A stretch of DNA of 64,000 nucleotides from the human T2T-CHM13v2.0 reference genome, Homo sapiens (GCF_009914755.1 NC_060925.1), one strand, 5' to 3'; positions 35,160 to 57,281 are shown, counted from the first letter of the stretch. The notes: generated by a model not told the origin, from the letters alone. Numbers and translations: made by a program.

Positions 35160-35651
35160 TTATTTCCACTCAATAAAAAGCATAAACAATATGTAAACAT
35201 ATTTTAAAATGTTCAGGTTCATTCAAAGTCAGGAAAATGTGTGTTGAGACCACAGTAAAATCCAGTTTCACAACCGCCAAATATAAAAGTTGGATAATAC
35301 CAAATGTTAACGAGAATATGGCATAATAGGAACTTTTGTATGTTTCTAATATTGGTATAAATTGGAAAATTCCCATAGGAAAATTGTATGGCATTACCTT
35401 AAAAAGTTGAACATGCATGTACCCTACAATCTAGCAATTCTACTACAAGGTATATTCCCTAGGGAAACTCTTGCATGTGGGCACCAAGAAACATGTAGAA
35501 GACTGTGTATAGTGGCATTGTCCATAATGGCAAAACAAACAAAAATAACAAAAGCAACTGGAAAAAACTGAAATGTCCAATATTATAGTTTTGAGATTTA
35601 TCTATGTTGTCACATGTATTCTTTGATTTTTACTGCTCTATAGTTTTATAG

Positions 35652-35982
<331 letters not shown>

Positions 35983-36415
35983 AAGCCAGACCATTTTACT
36001 AGTGAGCTTTTACTAAACTTTCAAAGGAACTGATGATTCTTGTCTTATACATGTTGTTCCAAAGGGGAAAAAAATTTTCAACTCATTTTTAAGAGGTTGA
36101 AATAATATTGATAACAAAAACATTTAAGGGCAATAGAATGGACAATCTTATTTATGACATGGATGCAAAAATTTTAATAAAATATTAATTTTAAGTCCAG
36201 TATTAAATTTAAAAATAACGCATTCACAAAGTATAGCTTATTCCAGAAACGTAAGGAGTTTTCAAAATTAGAAACTCCATCAGTGCTTTTGGCTTCCCAG
36301 CCTAGTCTCATTACTTCATCTGAGGCAATGGCACAGGCAACGAGAACAATGTAAGCAATCAGCCACTACAATTACTCTGATCCAAGCCAAATTATACAGA
36401 GGACTAGGGGAATGA

Positions 36416-36801
<386 letters not shown>

Positions 36802-37528
36802 TGACGATTTATTAACATAAACTGACTTGGCTAAAGTTGACAGGAGAAACAACTGTCCTATGGATCTAAAACCTAGAAACTTTCTTGACTGTAGAAACTC
36901 AAGATAATCTTTTCATTTATGACATTATCTCTTTGTCTTCTGCTTGAATCTCTTGAAAATGCCTCCCCAGTCCTCCTCCTAAGGTAGAGCTAAGTTCTCT
37001 AATAGCATTTGCATGTGGTATTGCCTTAGAAGATCACTATTTTACAATCATGAGCGTAATAAGCAGATTCAAGCAAGAATCATCAATGGATGCTAAAACC
37101 AGTGGGTGAAAGATTGTTGCAGAAGAGGATGTTCACACAGTTTCGAAGTATATTCTATAGGTTATGTGATTAATTACAAACAGGAAAACATGTTTGTAAT
37201 GGAGATCTGATGGACACTACCTTAACCAAGTGGTCAAACTTATCACCAATAATGAGACAAACTGACATTAGGTGCCTCTTGATGTGAAGTAATAGGAAGT
37301 ATGCAGCATCATGTATGTAGTATTTTTGCCAAAATGATTAACCTGAATCTAACTATGGGAGAAGAGTGAGATGAATCCAGATTGTAGAACATTCAACAAG
37401 GTAACTTCTTTGGACTTTTCAAAAATATTAGTGTTATGAAAAACTATATATATGTGTGTGTGTGTGTGTGTTATATGCATACATGCATTTGTGTGTATAC
37501 TATTCTAGATTAAAGATTAAGATTCAAG

Positions 37529-37690
37529 GGCTAGGCATAGTGGTTCATGCGGTGTAGTGGTTCATGCCTATAATCCCAGTACTTTGGGAGGCCAAAGCAG
37601 GAGGATTACTGGAGTTCAGGAGTTCGAGACTAACCTAGGCAACATGGCGAGAACTTGTCTCTATTTTTCAAAAATGTAAAAAGAAAAATT
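37529..37690 (+). mobile_element. FLAM-like Alu monomer
   Basis: Left-arm-only sequence with A-rich tail. Confidence 0.75.
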
Positions 37691-38022
37691 AAAGGATACT
37701 AAAAAGGCCTGATAACCATATGCAATGTGGTATCCCTAATTAGAACAAATAAGAAAGAAGTTAGAAAAGAAATTTTGGGGAGAATTGATGAAATTTTAAT
37801 ATGTTATATAATTAGATACAATTATATTAATGTTAAATTTATTGGATGTGATAATGGCATTGTGGATATATAGGAGAATGTTCTTGTTCTTAAACAGAGG
37901 CATGCTGAAGTGTTTTGATTTAAAATGCCATGATGTCTGCAACTCTCAAATGGTTCAACAAAAAAGAAAAAATTATATAGATAAGTAAAATGTGGCAAAA
38001 TGTTAACAATCAGTGAATTTAG

Positions 38023-38457
<435 letters not shown>

Positions 38458-38815
38458 TGACACCATTCACTTGAAAAAAAAATTAACAAAATAGAATCTT
38501 ATTGTAATTGGAAAGAGGCAAGAGCAGTAAAAGATAGAAAGAATATATGCAGTGCAGCCATTTCGGAGACGTTAATCTTACTTGGTTGACCACCCACTGT
38601 GTTCTTGAAACTCTCACAGTGATGGTCACAAGAATAGAAACATTCCATAACTTTTGTTCGTTTCTCTCCTCTCTCTTCATAAGATCTAGCTGATCTGTAT
38701 AGTTTCTCTTGAATTTGCTGACTTAACTAATTTTATTTCTTTTAGTTAATCTTGATGCCTTTCCCTCTTTCCCTCTTCTTATGTGATAAATTCACCTTCT
38801 TAATGATGTCTTTTC

Positions 38816-41223
38816 TTTTCTGCAAAACCCCTTTAATCAGAATAAATAGAGTCCCAGGCAGGGCAGAGTTCACTGGGGGTGTCCAAGTCGGATTCACCCA
38901 CCCTTTCGGTTCCAGCCTAGGCACGGCTACAGCTTTCGAGAGGAGAAGCAGACTCTTCCTTGTCCTGGTGTCCCAGCGGGGTCACTGGGAGGGACCAGTG
39001 TGGTCTCAGGGCGCTGGGCGGGCCTGCGAGGCCCATTGCCGGCCCCCTAGGCATCCCGTTCGTCTGAGCAGGGCAGGGGGTGCCGCAGCCTCCTGGGTTG
39101 TCCCAACCCTGCTCCTCTCCTCCCTCTCCTTCTTCTTGTAGATGGAGTGAAGCTTGTTGATTAAGAAGATTTTGTCTTCCCCCTCGTTGCTGATCTGCTC
39201 CTTGAGCAGGCAGATGACCTTCCTCTGGTCCAGCACCACCTGGATGTTGAGGTAGATCACAGCCAGCAGCAGGGCCAACACCAGGAAGACGAAGAAGGTG
39301 TTTTCCACCAGGTACCGGTGCGCCCAGGGCAGCCAGGAGCCCCTGGGGCCCGCTGCCTCCAGTTGGGGCACCCACATCCTGCGGGCCTCGTACATGGTGT
39401 CCAGGGTCCGGAAGGGGCCGCAGATGGCTGAGGGTGTAGCAGAGGCCAGACGGCATAGCAGAGGAAGAGGTGGCGCCCAGGAAGGCGGGGAAGCAGAGCA
39501 GCGTGAGGAAGATGGTGCTCACGTGGGAGGCCAGCCAAGGCCGGAGCAGTGCCTGGCAGTTGGCCAAAAGGCTGGTCTACTTGACGTAGAAGACGAGCAG
39601 CAGCTTGATGATCTGCACCGCGTGGAGGAGCGGCGAGAAAGAGCACCCCCAGCCAGGTCAGAGTCGGCCCGTAAATCAGCTCCAGAACATTCTGGGCAAT
39701 GTCAAACTCAGGCTTCCGTCTCCTCTCGTCTCCTCTTCAGCTTCTTCTCGGAGATAATCCTCCACATCAATTCCCCGAAAAGCGTGTCCAGCACGTGAGG
39801 ACGAGTCCATCACCAGGAACCCATACAGCACGGGTTCCTCCCAGCACTGGCCCTGCAGGGCGCCCACCCTGCGGCCCTGCCAGTGGTAGCACAGTGTCCC
39901 CAGGATGGCCAGCTTGAGGATGAAGTTCCTGCAGATGGCCACTTACAACTCCAGCACCGGGGAGTCATGCAGCTCCAGGGCGGTCAGGCCAAGGCACGGG
40001 TAGGGGCCCCCCAGGTTGAGGAGGCCGACCACCAGAGGCAGGACCAGCAGCGCGGGCTCCTGGCCAGCAGCCTCCGGATTCTGCATCATGAACTCCGAGA
40101 AGATGTGGACGGCCACAGCGCAGCCCAGCGCAGTCCCCAGACACAGGAGCCACATGAGCCCCAGCATGGCCGCCTGCCGCAGCCTCCCGCACACGCTCCT
40201 GGGGCTCTGCCGCAGCTGCTGCTCGGGCCAGCAGCTCCTTCTCCCGGTGCGAATGTTGTCTGTTGTCTTGCTGAGGGCGGGGGGCCCGCTTCTGCCTCAC
40301 CTTGCAGTCCCAGGAGCAGAAGATAGTGACGGCGTGGATGCCAGAGGTGCTGCCCACCCGGTATTAGCATTAGCTTAGCATTACTGTAGTGGCTGTAATA
40401 CATGATGATGTGGGTGAAGCAGCCTGTGTCTTTGAGGAGCTCCAGGCCAGAGCAGATGCGGGCAGGGCCCGGCGGGGCGGGCGTGAAGGCGGCCTCCGGG
40501 CCCACAATGAAGGCCACGAGCAGCAGCAGCAGGAAGGCGTTGAAGGCCAGCAGGGTCTTAAGGAAGAGGAAGTAGGAGAGCACGTTGGAGCTGAACTAGC
40601 CCCTGATGCGCTTCAGGACGTAGCGCCACGGCTTCAGGGCCTGCAGGCCCAAGAGCAGCGCCAGCCCCAGGCTGTGCAAGGCCAGCACACAGACATATCT
40701 GAGCCAACCACAGCAGGAGCAGACTCTGCCATGGCCCCGCAGGCTCCTCCACTTCCCGCTCTGGGTTCGGCTCTTCTCTCGCAGGCCGCGTTTCTCAGCC
40801 AGGCTTAGGGGAATCCCTCGAAGCACGTGGTCCCGCTGCGCCACAGCCAGGCCCTGGAGCTCCTTCACCAGGAGGCTCCGCTTCTCCTCCTCTTCCTCCC
40901 AGGACGTGGGGTCCAGCTTCAGGTCGTACAGACGCAGGCTGTGCCGGGAGGAGCGCACCAAGTCTGCGAGCAGGGGCCGGCCAATGGTGAGGCTGGGAAT
41001 GCTGGCCAGGACGCAGAGTGTGGCCGTGCTGTGGGTGCCCTCGGGCCCCAAGAGTGTCTGCTGGCCACTCGCTGTGGCCACCACCCCTCTCCCTCTGCTA
41101 CAGCTCCAGCCCCTCCTGGGCCTCCCAGCGGCTCTGCTCTTGGATGAGCAAGTGGAAGGAGTAGTGCATTTCAGTCTCATCGTAGGGGCTGGGCTCCTGG
41201 CTGGGAGGCGCCAAGGTGGAGGG
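38816..41223 (-). pseudogene. Processed pseudogene of TMC6 (EVER1, transmembrane channel-like 6)
   Basis: Intronless frameshifted peptides matching TMC6 (LLVKELQGLAVAQRDH, LSYFLFLKTLLAFN, AICRNFILKLAILGTLCYHW, EQISNEGEDKIFLINKLHSIY); ATTAAA at 38832-38837 on the minus strand; short A remnant; 14-bp TSD aatgatgtcttttc 38802-38815 / aatgatatcttttc 41224-41237. Confidence 0.93.
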
Positions 41224-41642
41224 AATGATATCTTTTCAACAAGTGGAATTCACGTTAATAAATCAAAGGAGGAAAACTGTATGATCATCTCTCTTAATGA
41301 CAGAAAAGCAAGCAATAAAATTCAGTTCCCCTTTAAAAATAAGAAGAGAACCTCCTTAATATGAAAGAGGGTATCTATAGCAAAACCTCTATCAAACCTC
41401 ATACTTTAATGTGCGAGGAATGCTTCTAAACTTTGGAAGCATTTTATTTAACAGTAGTAACTAAACGAGCCAATAAAATGGGGGTACTTCTGTCACCATC
41501 AATGCTCACCATGATATTAGAGGTCCCGATCAATACAATAAGATCGGAAAAAGAAAGAGGGAGTATAAGGATTGGAGAGGAAGAGATTTATTTTCAGATT
41601 ACACGATAATTCACATAGAAAATGATGATAAGAATAGCTAAA

Positions 41643-41946
41643 TTTTTTTTTTTTTTGAGACAGGGTCTTGTTCTGTTGCCCAGGCTGGAGTGCAGTGGCA
41701 CAATCTCAGCTCACTGCAACCTCTGCCCACTCGGCGGGCTCAAGCGATCCTCCCACCTCATCTTCCTGAGTAGCTGGGATCACAGGCATGCGCCACCACC
41801 CCCAGCTAATTGTTTTGTATTTTTTATAGAGACAGGGTTTTGCCATGTTGCCCAGGTTGGTCTGGAACTCCCGGACTCAAGTAATCCACTGGCCTTGGCC
41901 TCTCAAAGTGCTGGGACTACAGGCCTGAGCCATTGGCACCCAGCCA
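41643..41946 (-). mobile_element. AluJ
   Basis: Full dimer; TSD aagaatagctaaa. Confidence 0.92.
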
Positions 41947-42111
41947 AGAATAGCTAAAATTTATTGAGCACCTAATATGTGCAAATGCTGTGCAGTAAGC
42001 ATTACATGTATAATGCCTTTAATGTATAATTAATGCCATTTAACCCTACTTAAAAAAAAAAAAACCCTAGAAGATAGGAACAATTATTCCTCACATCTTA
42101 CAGATAGTGAC

Positions 42112-44922
42112 TATTATTTGAATTGTTTTATTTGGGAAAAGTGCTTCTTACAAAAGGACAGCTGCAAAATACAGAGACCTCTGCAACAATTATTTGTATT
42201 TTCATAAAGTGAAAGAATGGGTGGGATCCAAGGAATCAAAGCAGTAAATGGACAAACCAGGAGCATCCCCGAGTTACTTTCAGGAAACAAAGCGACAAAA
42301 CACAAAGGTAAAATTTCCAATCAAGGAATTCTTCAAATAACTTAATTTTAGCTAGTCTTAGGGATTCCCAAGCCCTCCCCTTCAGTGGAAAAGTATGACT
42401 TATTACTGCAAACCCATTAGTCCACTACAATAGACACCTTAGAACAGAGTTTTGTATCACATCTGTCTATGTGAAAACTCAGGGGTGGAATGAGGCAAAT
42501 ACCCACAAAAAAAAACACAAAAACTCGACAACAAAATGCCCCAAATGAAGACAAAGGTTTTTCAGAAAGTGCCTGTACTGGAAAAGCTAGATCATAAAAC
42601 ATTAAATACACAGTGTATCCAAGACCCAGTTTGTGTTAACATATGGGATAACCAGGTAGTTTTAACCTCTATGGCTAACCCCATTTCTCTGTTTATATAG
42701 ACAGAGCTAGCACTGCTATATTGACAACTACCAATATAGTGCTTTGCCCTTTAAGATCTATCTGCTGTACAAGGCTTAAACCACTAAACCACTTTTTTCT
42801 GCTAAGGCTAAGAATACTGCATCTATGCAGGGATGAGAAGCTTTTCACACACCCACACTCATACACATCATGTCAGCCCTTGGGAGTCAACTTCCAACTC
42901 TGCATTGATGTTATGCCTCTGTATCTTTTATATGTATTCTTTCTCAATTTTCCTAACATGCAAAACAGTAGAAATCTCAACACATTTGCACCTGGTTCTG
43001 GTTACCCAGTAGTATCAATTATGTACAATTAAACAAGAGACCAAAAACCACAGAACAAGTGCACGTGGTAGGGATTACAGGATAGGGAACAGATATAAAA
43101 ACACAGATGTGCAGATTTCACCAGAAACCTCAAGGATCCACGTCCCATGTCTGGAGCAGAAGGCTATTGGCCAGCTTAGGTCCCTTCACCCATCACTCCT
43201 ATTCTTGGACCCCAAAGCAGGACCACTGCTTTTACTTTTGAACCTGGGGTCCTCAAAATGAGTGTGTGAAAAGTCCATAAACACAATCTGGTTGAAAACA
43301 GATGGCGCAACACACCTACACTAACTGACGGTTAAATTCATGTTACAAAAAACTAACTTTAAGATTTATTTTTGTAAGTTTTTTCAACAGGGAAAACACA
43401 CTCCTCGCGGAAAGGGTAGGGGTTGAGAAGACAGGCCCTGGGTAAAAATTCTTACCGCAGCACTTGGAGTTGATAGGCCTGCCTAGGAGAGAACACAGGC
43501 ACTGCCACACCACCACAGGGGACAGCTGCTGTCTGGGGTCAGCAGACCAGTTCACACGCCATGCAAGGTTGCTATAGATCCAAGTCATAAAAATCTTCCA
43601 GCTTATCATGAAACAAGTCCCACTCATCTTCAGAGTCTGTCAGTCTATCGTCCCTACCTGCAGCCCAAAGCATAAGCAACATCTTGCCCAGCTCAGAGGT
43701 GACAACCTCTTCTTCATCGTTGTCAGAGGGGTTGCTGTTCTCTCTTTCCTCAATGAGTTCCCAGAAGTGGTTCCTTTGTTGGGCCCAGTATCGGCTTGAT
43801 GTTCCCACTTTCTGTCTCTGTGGCTCCTTTCTATGGCCATCAGGGTACACATGCTTGTAAAAACAGTTCCCTCCAAAAGGGCAGCTCCCATGCTCTTTAT
43901 CAAAATACCTGCACGCCTTGTTCCTCATCGCCTCCTTGTATTTCTGAATGAGTTTCTGCTTCTCTTCTTTCTCCTCCTCCCAGTACTCACTTGGAATGAC
44001 AAAGTTAGATGTGATATGGCATTCTGGGCAGGACTTTATGATCTTGCTCTCAAATTGCTTAGCACTTCTCCACTTGCAAATGCACTTGAGAGAGTAGGTG
44101 TGGTTGCCGTTGGAGAGGATCCTGAAGTGGCACTTGCTGGGGTTGGCTTTCTCATAGACTGCCTACCTCCATGCAGATCCCACACACCAAGTCCTTGCTG
44201 TGCTGCACAGCCAATGAGAGCTCCATGTCCTTCTTGTGAGCCTCAATGCACGATTTTACATGCTGTGATCTCTAGGCAGCAACCATCGGATGCAGTACCT
44301 GCACCCCACACATGTCACATGAATCTCCGTGGAGATAACACAGAGTTCTCCCCATATTGGCACTCTCCCACTGCAGCATAGGGGCACAGCTGCTTCTTTG
44401 TTTCCACAGCAGTTTGCTCTTTCTCTGATTCTTCTGAGCCCTGCAGGGGAGCTTCAGTGCAGGAAGGCACAGTACAGCCACAGTAGGGTTGCCCAGGAAC
44501 AAACTCAATAGTATTCACCCAGTCCTCTGAACCTGCTCATATAGTTGCAAAGTTTGAATTTCTTGACTCAGCTTTGCCTGTATTTATTTTGACAAGTGGT
44601 CCAACTATCTATGAGAGTTGAGGAAGCAGCAAGGGACAACATTTTAGTTAGCTCTGTAGCAGTTGCTTCTTCCTGTTTCAGTGGCTTGCTATGTTCATAT
44701 CTGCAGCGGTCTCCATAAATGCAGTACCCTTGCTGAAAATAATTGCACACTACACCATACAGACTGTCAGAGAGGTCATATGAGTAGTGACAGTTATCTC
44801 CTTCTTACAAACCCCATGCATAAAATACCTGCAGGTGACATGCCATCACTGCCGCTCCTGCTCCTGATATTGTGGCTGTAGTTCTGGGAGCTGCAGCATC
44901 CACCATTATTGTTTATGATAGC
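42112..44922 (-). pseudogene. MKRN8P: Processed pseudogene of MKRN1 (makorin RING finger 1) with long 3'UTR; probably the annotated MKRN8P
   Basis: ATG at 44906, stop at 43572; peptides CNYFQQGYCIYGDRCRYEHSKP, KKQLCPYAAVGEC, CPFGGNCFYKH, EDFYDLDL in different frames; AATAAA at 42127-42132 on the minus strand. Parent gene is confident; the symbol is from memory of the locus. Confidence 0.9.
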
Positions 44923-45156
44923 ACAATTATTATTCCCATTTTACAATTAGTGACGCTAAGGCACAGAGAAGGTAAGAAATTCACTCAAGATCAAACCTAA
45001 ACAGTTTGTTTCTAGGGCCTGAAGTTTCAACCACTATCCCATATTATAACTTACTGTCATCAACACAATTTCGTGGCAGACAAAGAGGTATGAAAAGTAT
45101 TCAAGCTCTGGTGGAATAAAATTAATATGTCTTTACAGCTGAAGGAGAAGGCATAT

Positions 45157-45290
45157 CAGTGATTCTCAACCTTGGCTGTATATTAGAGCCACCAGAGGAG
45201 ATTTGAAAAATCCTGATGCCTAGGCTTTAGCCAGACCAATTACAGCAGAATTTTGGGAGATGGGTGGAAAGGTCACGCATGTAGTTGTTA
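45157..45290. mobile_element. MER5-like hAT relic
   Basis: cagtgattctcaaccttggctgtatattagagccaccagaggag...aaaaatcctgatgcc. Confidence 0.6.
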
Positions 45291-45320
45291 AAAAACAAGT
45301 ACATTAAAATATCATAAGAT

Positions 45321-45609
45321 GGCCAGGCACAGTGACTCATGCCTGTAATGCTAGCCCTGTGGAAGGCCGAGGTGGGCGGATCACCTGAGGTCAGGAGATC
45401 GAGACCAGCCTGGCCAACATGGTGAGACCCCATCTCTACTAAAAATACAAAAATTAACTGAGTTGGGTGGCATGCACCTGTAATCCCAACTACTCGGGAG
45501 GCTGAGGCAGAAGAATCACTTGAACCCAAGAGGTGGAGGTTGCACTGAGCTGAAAGCATTCCAGCCTGGGCGACAGAGTGAGACTTTGTCTCAAAAAACA
45601 AAAAAAAAA
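45321..45609 (+). mobile_element. AluS
   Basis: Dimer with A tail. Confidence 0.92.
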
Positions 45610-46410
45610 TTCTTAAGAGGCTCACGTATCTACTCAAATTGTGGTAGAAGTTTCTATTCTTGCAACCTGAGTGAGGTTGCAAACTTTGACCAGATGAATT
45701 ACAGAAGGGTGTAATTTGAATCCAGTAGAAGGATATGGACTAGAAGTCCCCTGTTGTCATGGTGACTACAAAAAGGACTCACTGTATCCACATGTAGCTC
45801 AGGTAGAATCATTCTGGAAGCCTGCAAAGTTCAGATCCTGTTCCCCAATGTCAAATCTCTAACCGATAATGACCTTATTGTGTTAATAAATTTTCAACTC
45901 TATAGCTTCAACTTGTTTAAGATGTCAACCCCAGTTTTCCTGACAAGGTAACTATCTCACAGCCGTGAACTGTTGAGCCAGTCACCTCAACTTGGCCCCC
46001 TGAGATGGTAACTCTATCATGGTTGTCAATTCTTGACCTAGTAATCCGAACTCCCTGGAGATGCTAGAACTCAGTGAGTAAGTGGCTTTTCAAACCTGAA
46101 AAGGCTAGAATTAAAAATAGAGATGATAAATAAATCAAACCTATTATGTTAATAATTTTATGTTTATAATAAGTTCATGTGTGGAGGAGTATGGTACTTA
46201 AAGTGCAATTTTAATATAATATGGCATATTGAAGAATCCAATAGATTAGCTTAATTTGATCAATTAGACCTGTGAGGTGTATGAAAATTTAATTAGGGTT
46301 ATAAACAGTATTGAAATATTTGACAATTAGACCTAATAGATTTACATGTTTAATATACATAATAATTTTTAGTTGAGTACTTGGGAAGGATTTGCTTATC
46401 AGGGATGGAA

Positions 46411-53270
<6,860 letters not shown>

Positions 53271-53471
53271 TCAGGGATGGAACTTGATTGATTAGGCATA
53301 TGACAGGTACAGAATGAAAAAGAATATAAACATTTACAAATTCAGTTAAAATTCTAATATAATTACATTGTATAAGCTTATAAGTGAGACTGTTTAAGAG
53401 TTTAGATAGTTCTACCTGAGTTACTTGAACAATTATAAAAGATCCCCTTAAACTGAATTATTTTATATAAG

Positions 53472-53563
53472 TTCAGTTTATAAGTATACTATTCTATCTG
53501 TAAATCCATATAATAGATATATATAATAGACTTACAGATAGAATAGTATACTTATGAACTGAA
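53472..53563. repeat. Inverted repeat, 32-bp arms (1 mismatch), 28-nt spacer
   Basis: ttcagtttataagtatactattctatctgtaa (53472-53503) vs ttacagatagaatagtatacttatgaactgaa (53532-53563). Confidence 0.95.
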
Positions 53564-53904
53564 TTTTAAGACATAAATAAACCTAGGTATTGAGTTTTAA
53601 ATTAATAAATTAAATATTAACTTAAAACCTAAGCTCTTGTAAGTAGTCTTTTATTTTGTGCTCACAGAATCTGCCCTCAGACATGAAAAAAAAATGACAT
53701 GACACTATTGTTATCTGCATTTAACAGACGAATAAACTAACACTTAGAAAGGTTAAGAAGCCAGAATCAGCTCCATGAATGTCTGGCTCTAAAACCTGTG
53801 TCCCCACTGAACATATGGCTTCCTTGACTGACCAACCCCCTAAAGAGCCAGGTGACTTGGGAACAATTAAATTTTTCGAAGTAACTTTACTAAGGTCTGA
53901 TTAT

Positions 53905-54365
53905 ATGTATTATAGATTGATTTTATAGATAAGCAGTCAATTTCAGCTTAAGGAAAGATAATTTTTTGGCTCACGTAGCTGAAAAGTCCGGCCTCAGACG
54001 TGGTAGCTACAGACTGTGTTGGCTCCATTCAGAGACAGGCTTTCTTTCCCTTTGTGGTACAAGACCACTGGAGCTATCCCTCTGGGCTAAAGTATAGCTA
54101 AAACATGGACTGCCTCTCTTCTAATTGTTCTCACAAAAGAATCATTGCATCTCACTGAAGAGTAGGTCATGGGTCCATTCTGGAACTAATCACTGTGACC
54201 AGGGGAAGGTGATGCTTTAATGGTCATGCCTGGGGTCAGAAGTTGACCCTTGGAGTTCGGGGTGGAATTAACTATACCATAAACATATGGACTGAGAGTA
54301 GGGAAGGAACAATCTTCCTTGAAAAGGGTGATTGGATGGCAGGCAGCCAAAATAGATGTCCAGTA
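53905..54365 (-). mobile_element. MLT1 (MaLR) LTR relic
   Basis: ttggctcacgtagctgaaaagtcc...ggtcatgggtccattctggaactaatcactgtgaccagggg...aaatagatgtccag. Confidence 0.55.
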
Positions 54366-54789
54366 TAGTAGGCAACCTTACCTCTCTCACTTCAAAGTTC
54401 TTTGTATTACCTCACTCTATCATTCATATTTACTGCTGACATTTACTTTTTCTTTTGGCCAAGAATCATGATACTACACTATAACTTAATTGTGTGTCCT
54501 TTATTTCTCCTGTGACTGCATGTTGAAGGCAAGGGATATCTGTCTTGCTTTTCTTCAGCGACCTACGTAAATGCTTGTCTAAATGAATAAAACCTAGATT
54601 ACAGGATACTGGGTTTGTTACTTAAGAGAAGAAATGTTGGAAAAGTGTTTTCAGGGTTTTGTAGGTGGTAGCTCTGTAGTGTAAGGAGGAAAAGTCAAAT
54701 TCACTAAACGCTTATTGATAACTTCTTTGTGTTGGGCTGATCTCTCTTGCGGACAGTGTTCCAGTGGCCCTCAAAGAGCAACCAGTCTA

Positions 54790-54955
54790 AGCCAGGTGTG
54801 GTGACTTGCACCTGTAGTCCCAGTTACTCGGGAGGCTGAGGTGGGAGGACTGATTGAGCCTGGGAGGCTGACGCTGCAGTGAGCCATGATTGTGCCATGC
54901 ACTCCGGCCTGGGTGACAGAGCAAGACCCTGTCTTAAAAACAAACAAAAAACAAC
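54790..54955 (+). mobile_element. FRAM / Alu right-arm monomer
   Basis: Single arm; flanking repeat gagcaa(c/t)..agtcta. Confidence 0.85.
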
Positions 54956-55589
54956 GAGCAACTAGTCTAGAGGAAGAGACTGGATGAAGGGTATTGGTTA
55001 CTGTGATTTGGTTTTGGCCTAGATCTAGGTTATTATGGATTGCCTAGAGCCTTGGTAATAGATTGAGTACTGGAGAAGGTTTGGGTTACCATATATGACG
55101 TTGGTTGGGTTAAAGATTCTTATTTTTCATTTATTGAGCATCCATGTCAAATTCTTGACACTTAGAGCCTGGGGCATGGGAATAAGCAGGTCAGAAGACT
55201 CCCAGGATAGGCCCAGGTCTTGACTCAGGGTTATACCCATTACTCTGCTAACAGTGTGAGGAACCTACCTAAAAATAGAGATTGAGATACTCACCAAAGC
55301 ACAGACATAGGGGCAGACTGGGATAAAGCACAGACCCATGCTGCCAGGCACCCAGTGAAACAGTGCATTTTCCCAAAGACAGCATGACTCCTGAGGTGGA
55401 AGCATTACTGCCCAGTTTCAGAGGGAAGCTGTGAGGGGTGTCTGGGCTTGAGACTCAGTTTAGTAGAATTGCTCATACTTTTTACTTGGGCTGTGCAGAG
55501 GAAAGACATCTATAAAAAATTGCACTCATTTGGAGAACCTGACTGTGGTCATTTTGAAGCCAAGGCTTGCTTAGAAAGTGTGGAAATTA

Positions 55590-56905
<1,316 letters not shown>

Positions 56906-57281
56906 TGTGGAAATTATGTTCATGTTGTACTGTCATCAAAGATAAAAATGTTTTAAAAAAAGAAAACAAGTATAATTTAAAAAAATTTTTAAAAATGAAA
57001 GGAGCAGAGCCAGAAGAGGAGCCATGCAGACTCCAGGAAAGAACAGCTCATGTTGCCTTTCCCTCCTACCTCCCTGGAGGGAGGAGCTAGCAAGGGAAGA
57101 TAGCCACTGTGACACTCCTTTCTCAGCATATGTGGGTCTGAAGTAAAGGTGGAGGTGGACTTCTGGGAGTGAAGAGGGAATAGCCTACCCTCCTGGCCAA
57201 ACACAAACCCTGATGCTATTACATCTGGGCTCAGGACAGCTGTCCATTTCTCACCACTTCGATTAGGGTTTTCAAGAGAAA

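Noticed and set aside
39298-41364. Long plus-strand ORFs (120-166 aa) over the TMC6 copy
   Set aside because: Antisense shadow frames of GC-rich former coding sequence
38816-44922. TMC6 and MKRN1 copies as a single chimeric retrotranscript
   Set aside because: The TMC6 copy has its own 14-bp TSD, and the two are separated by L1M, AluJ and MIR sequence
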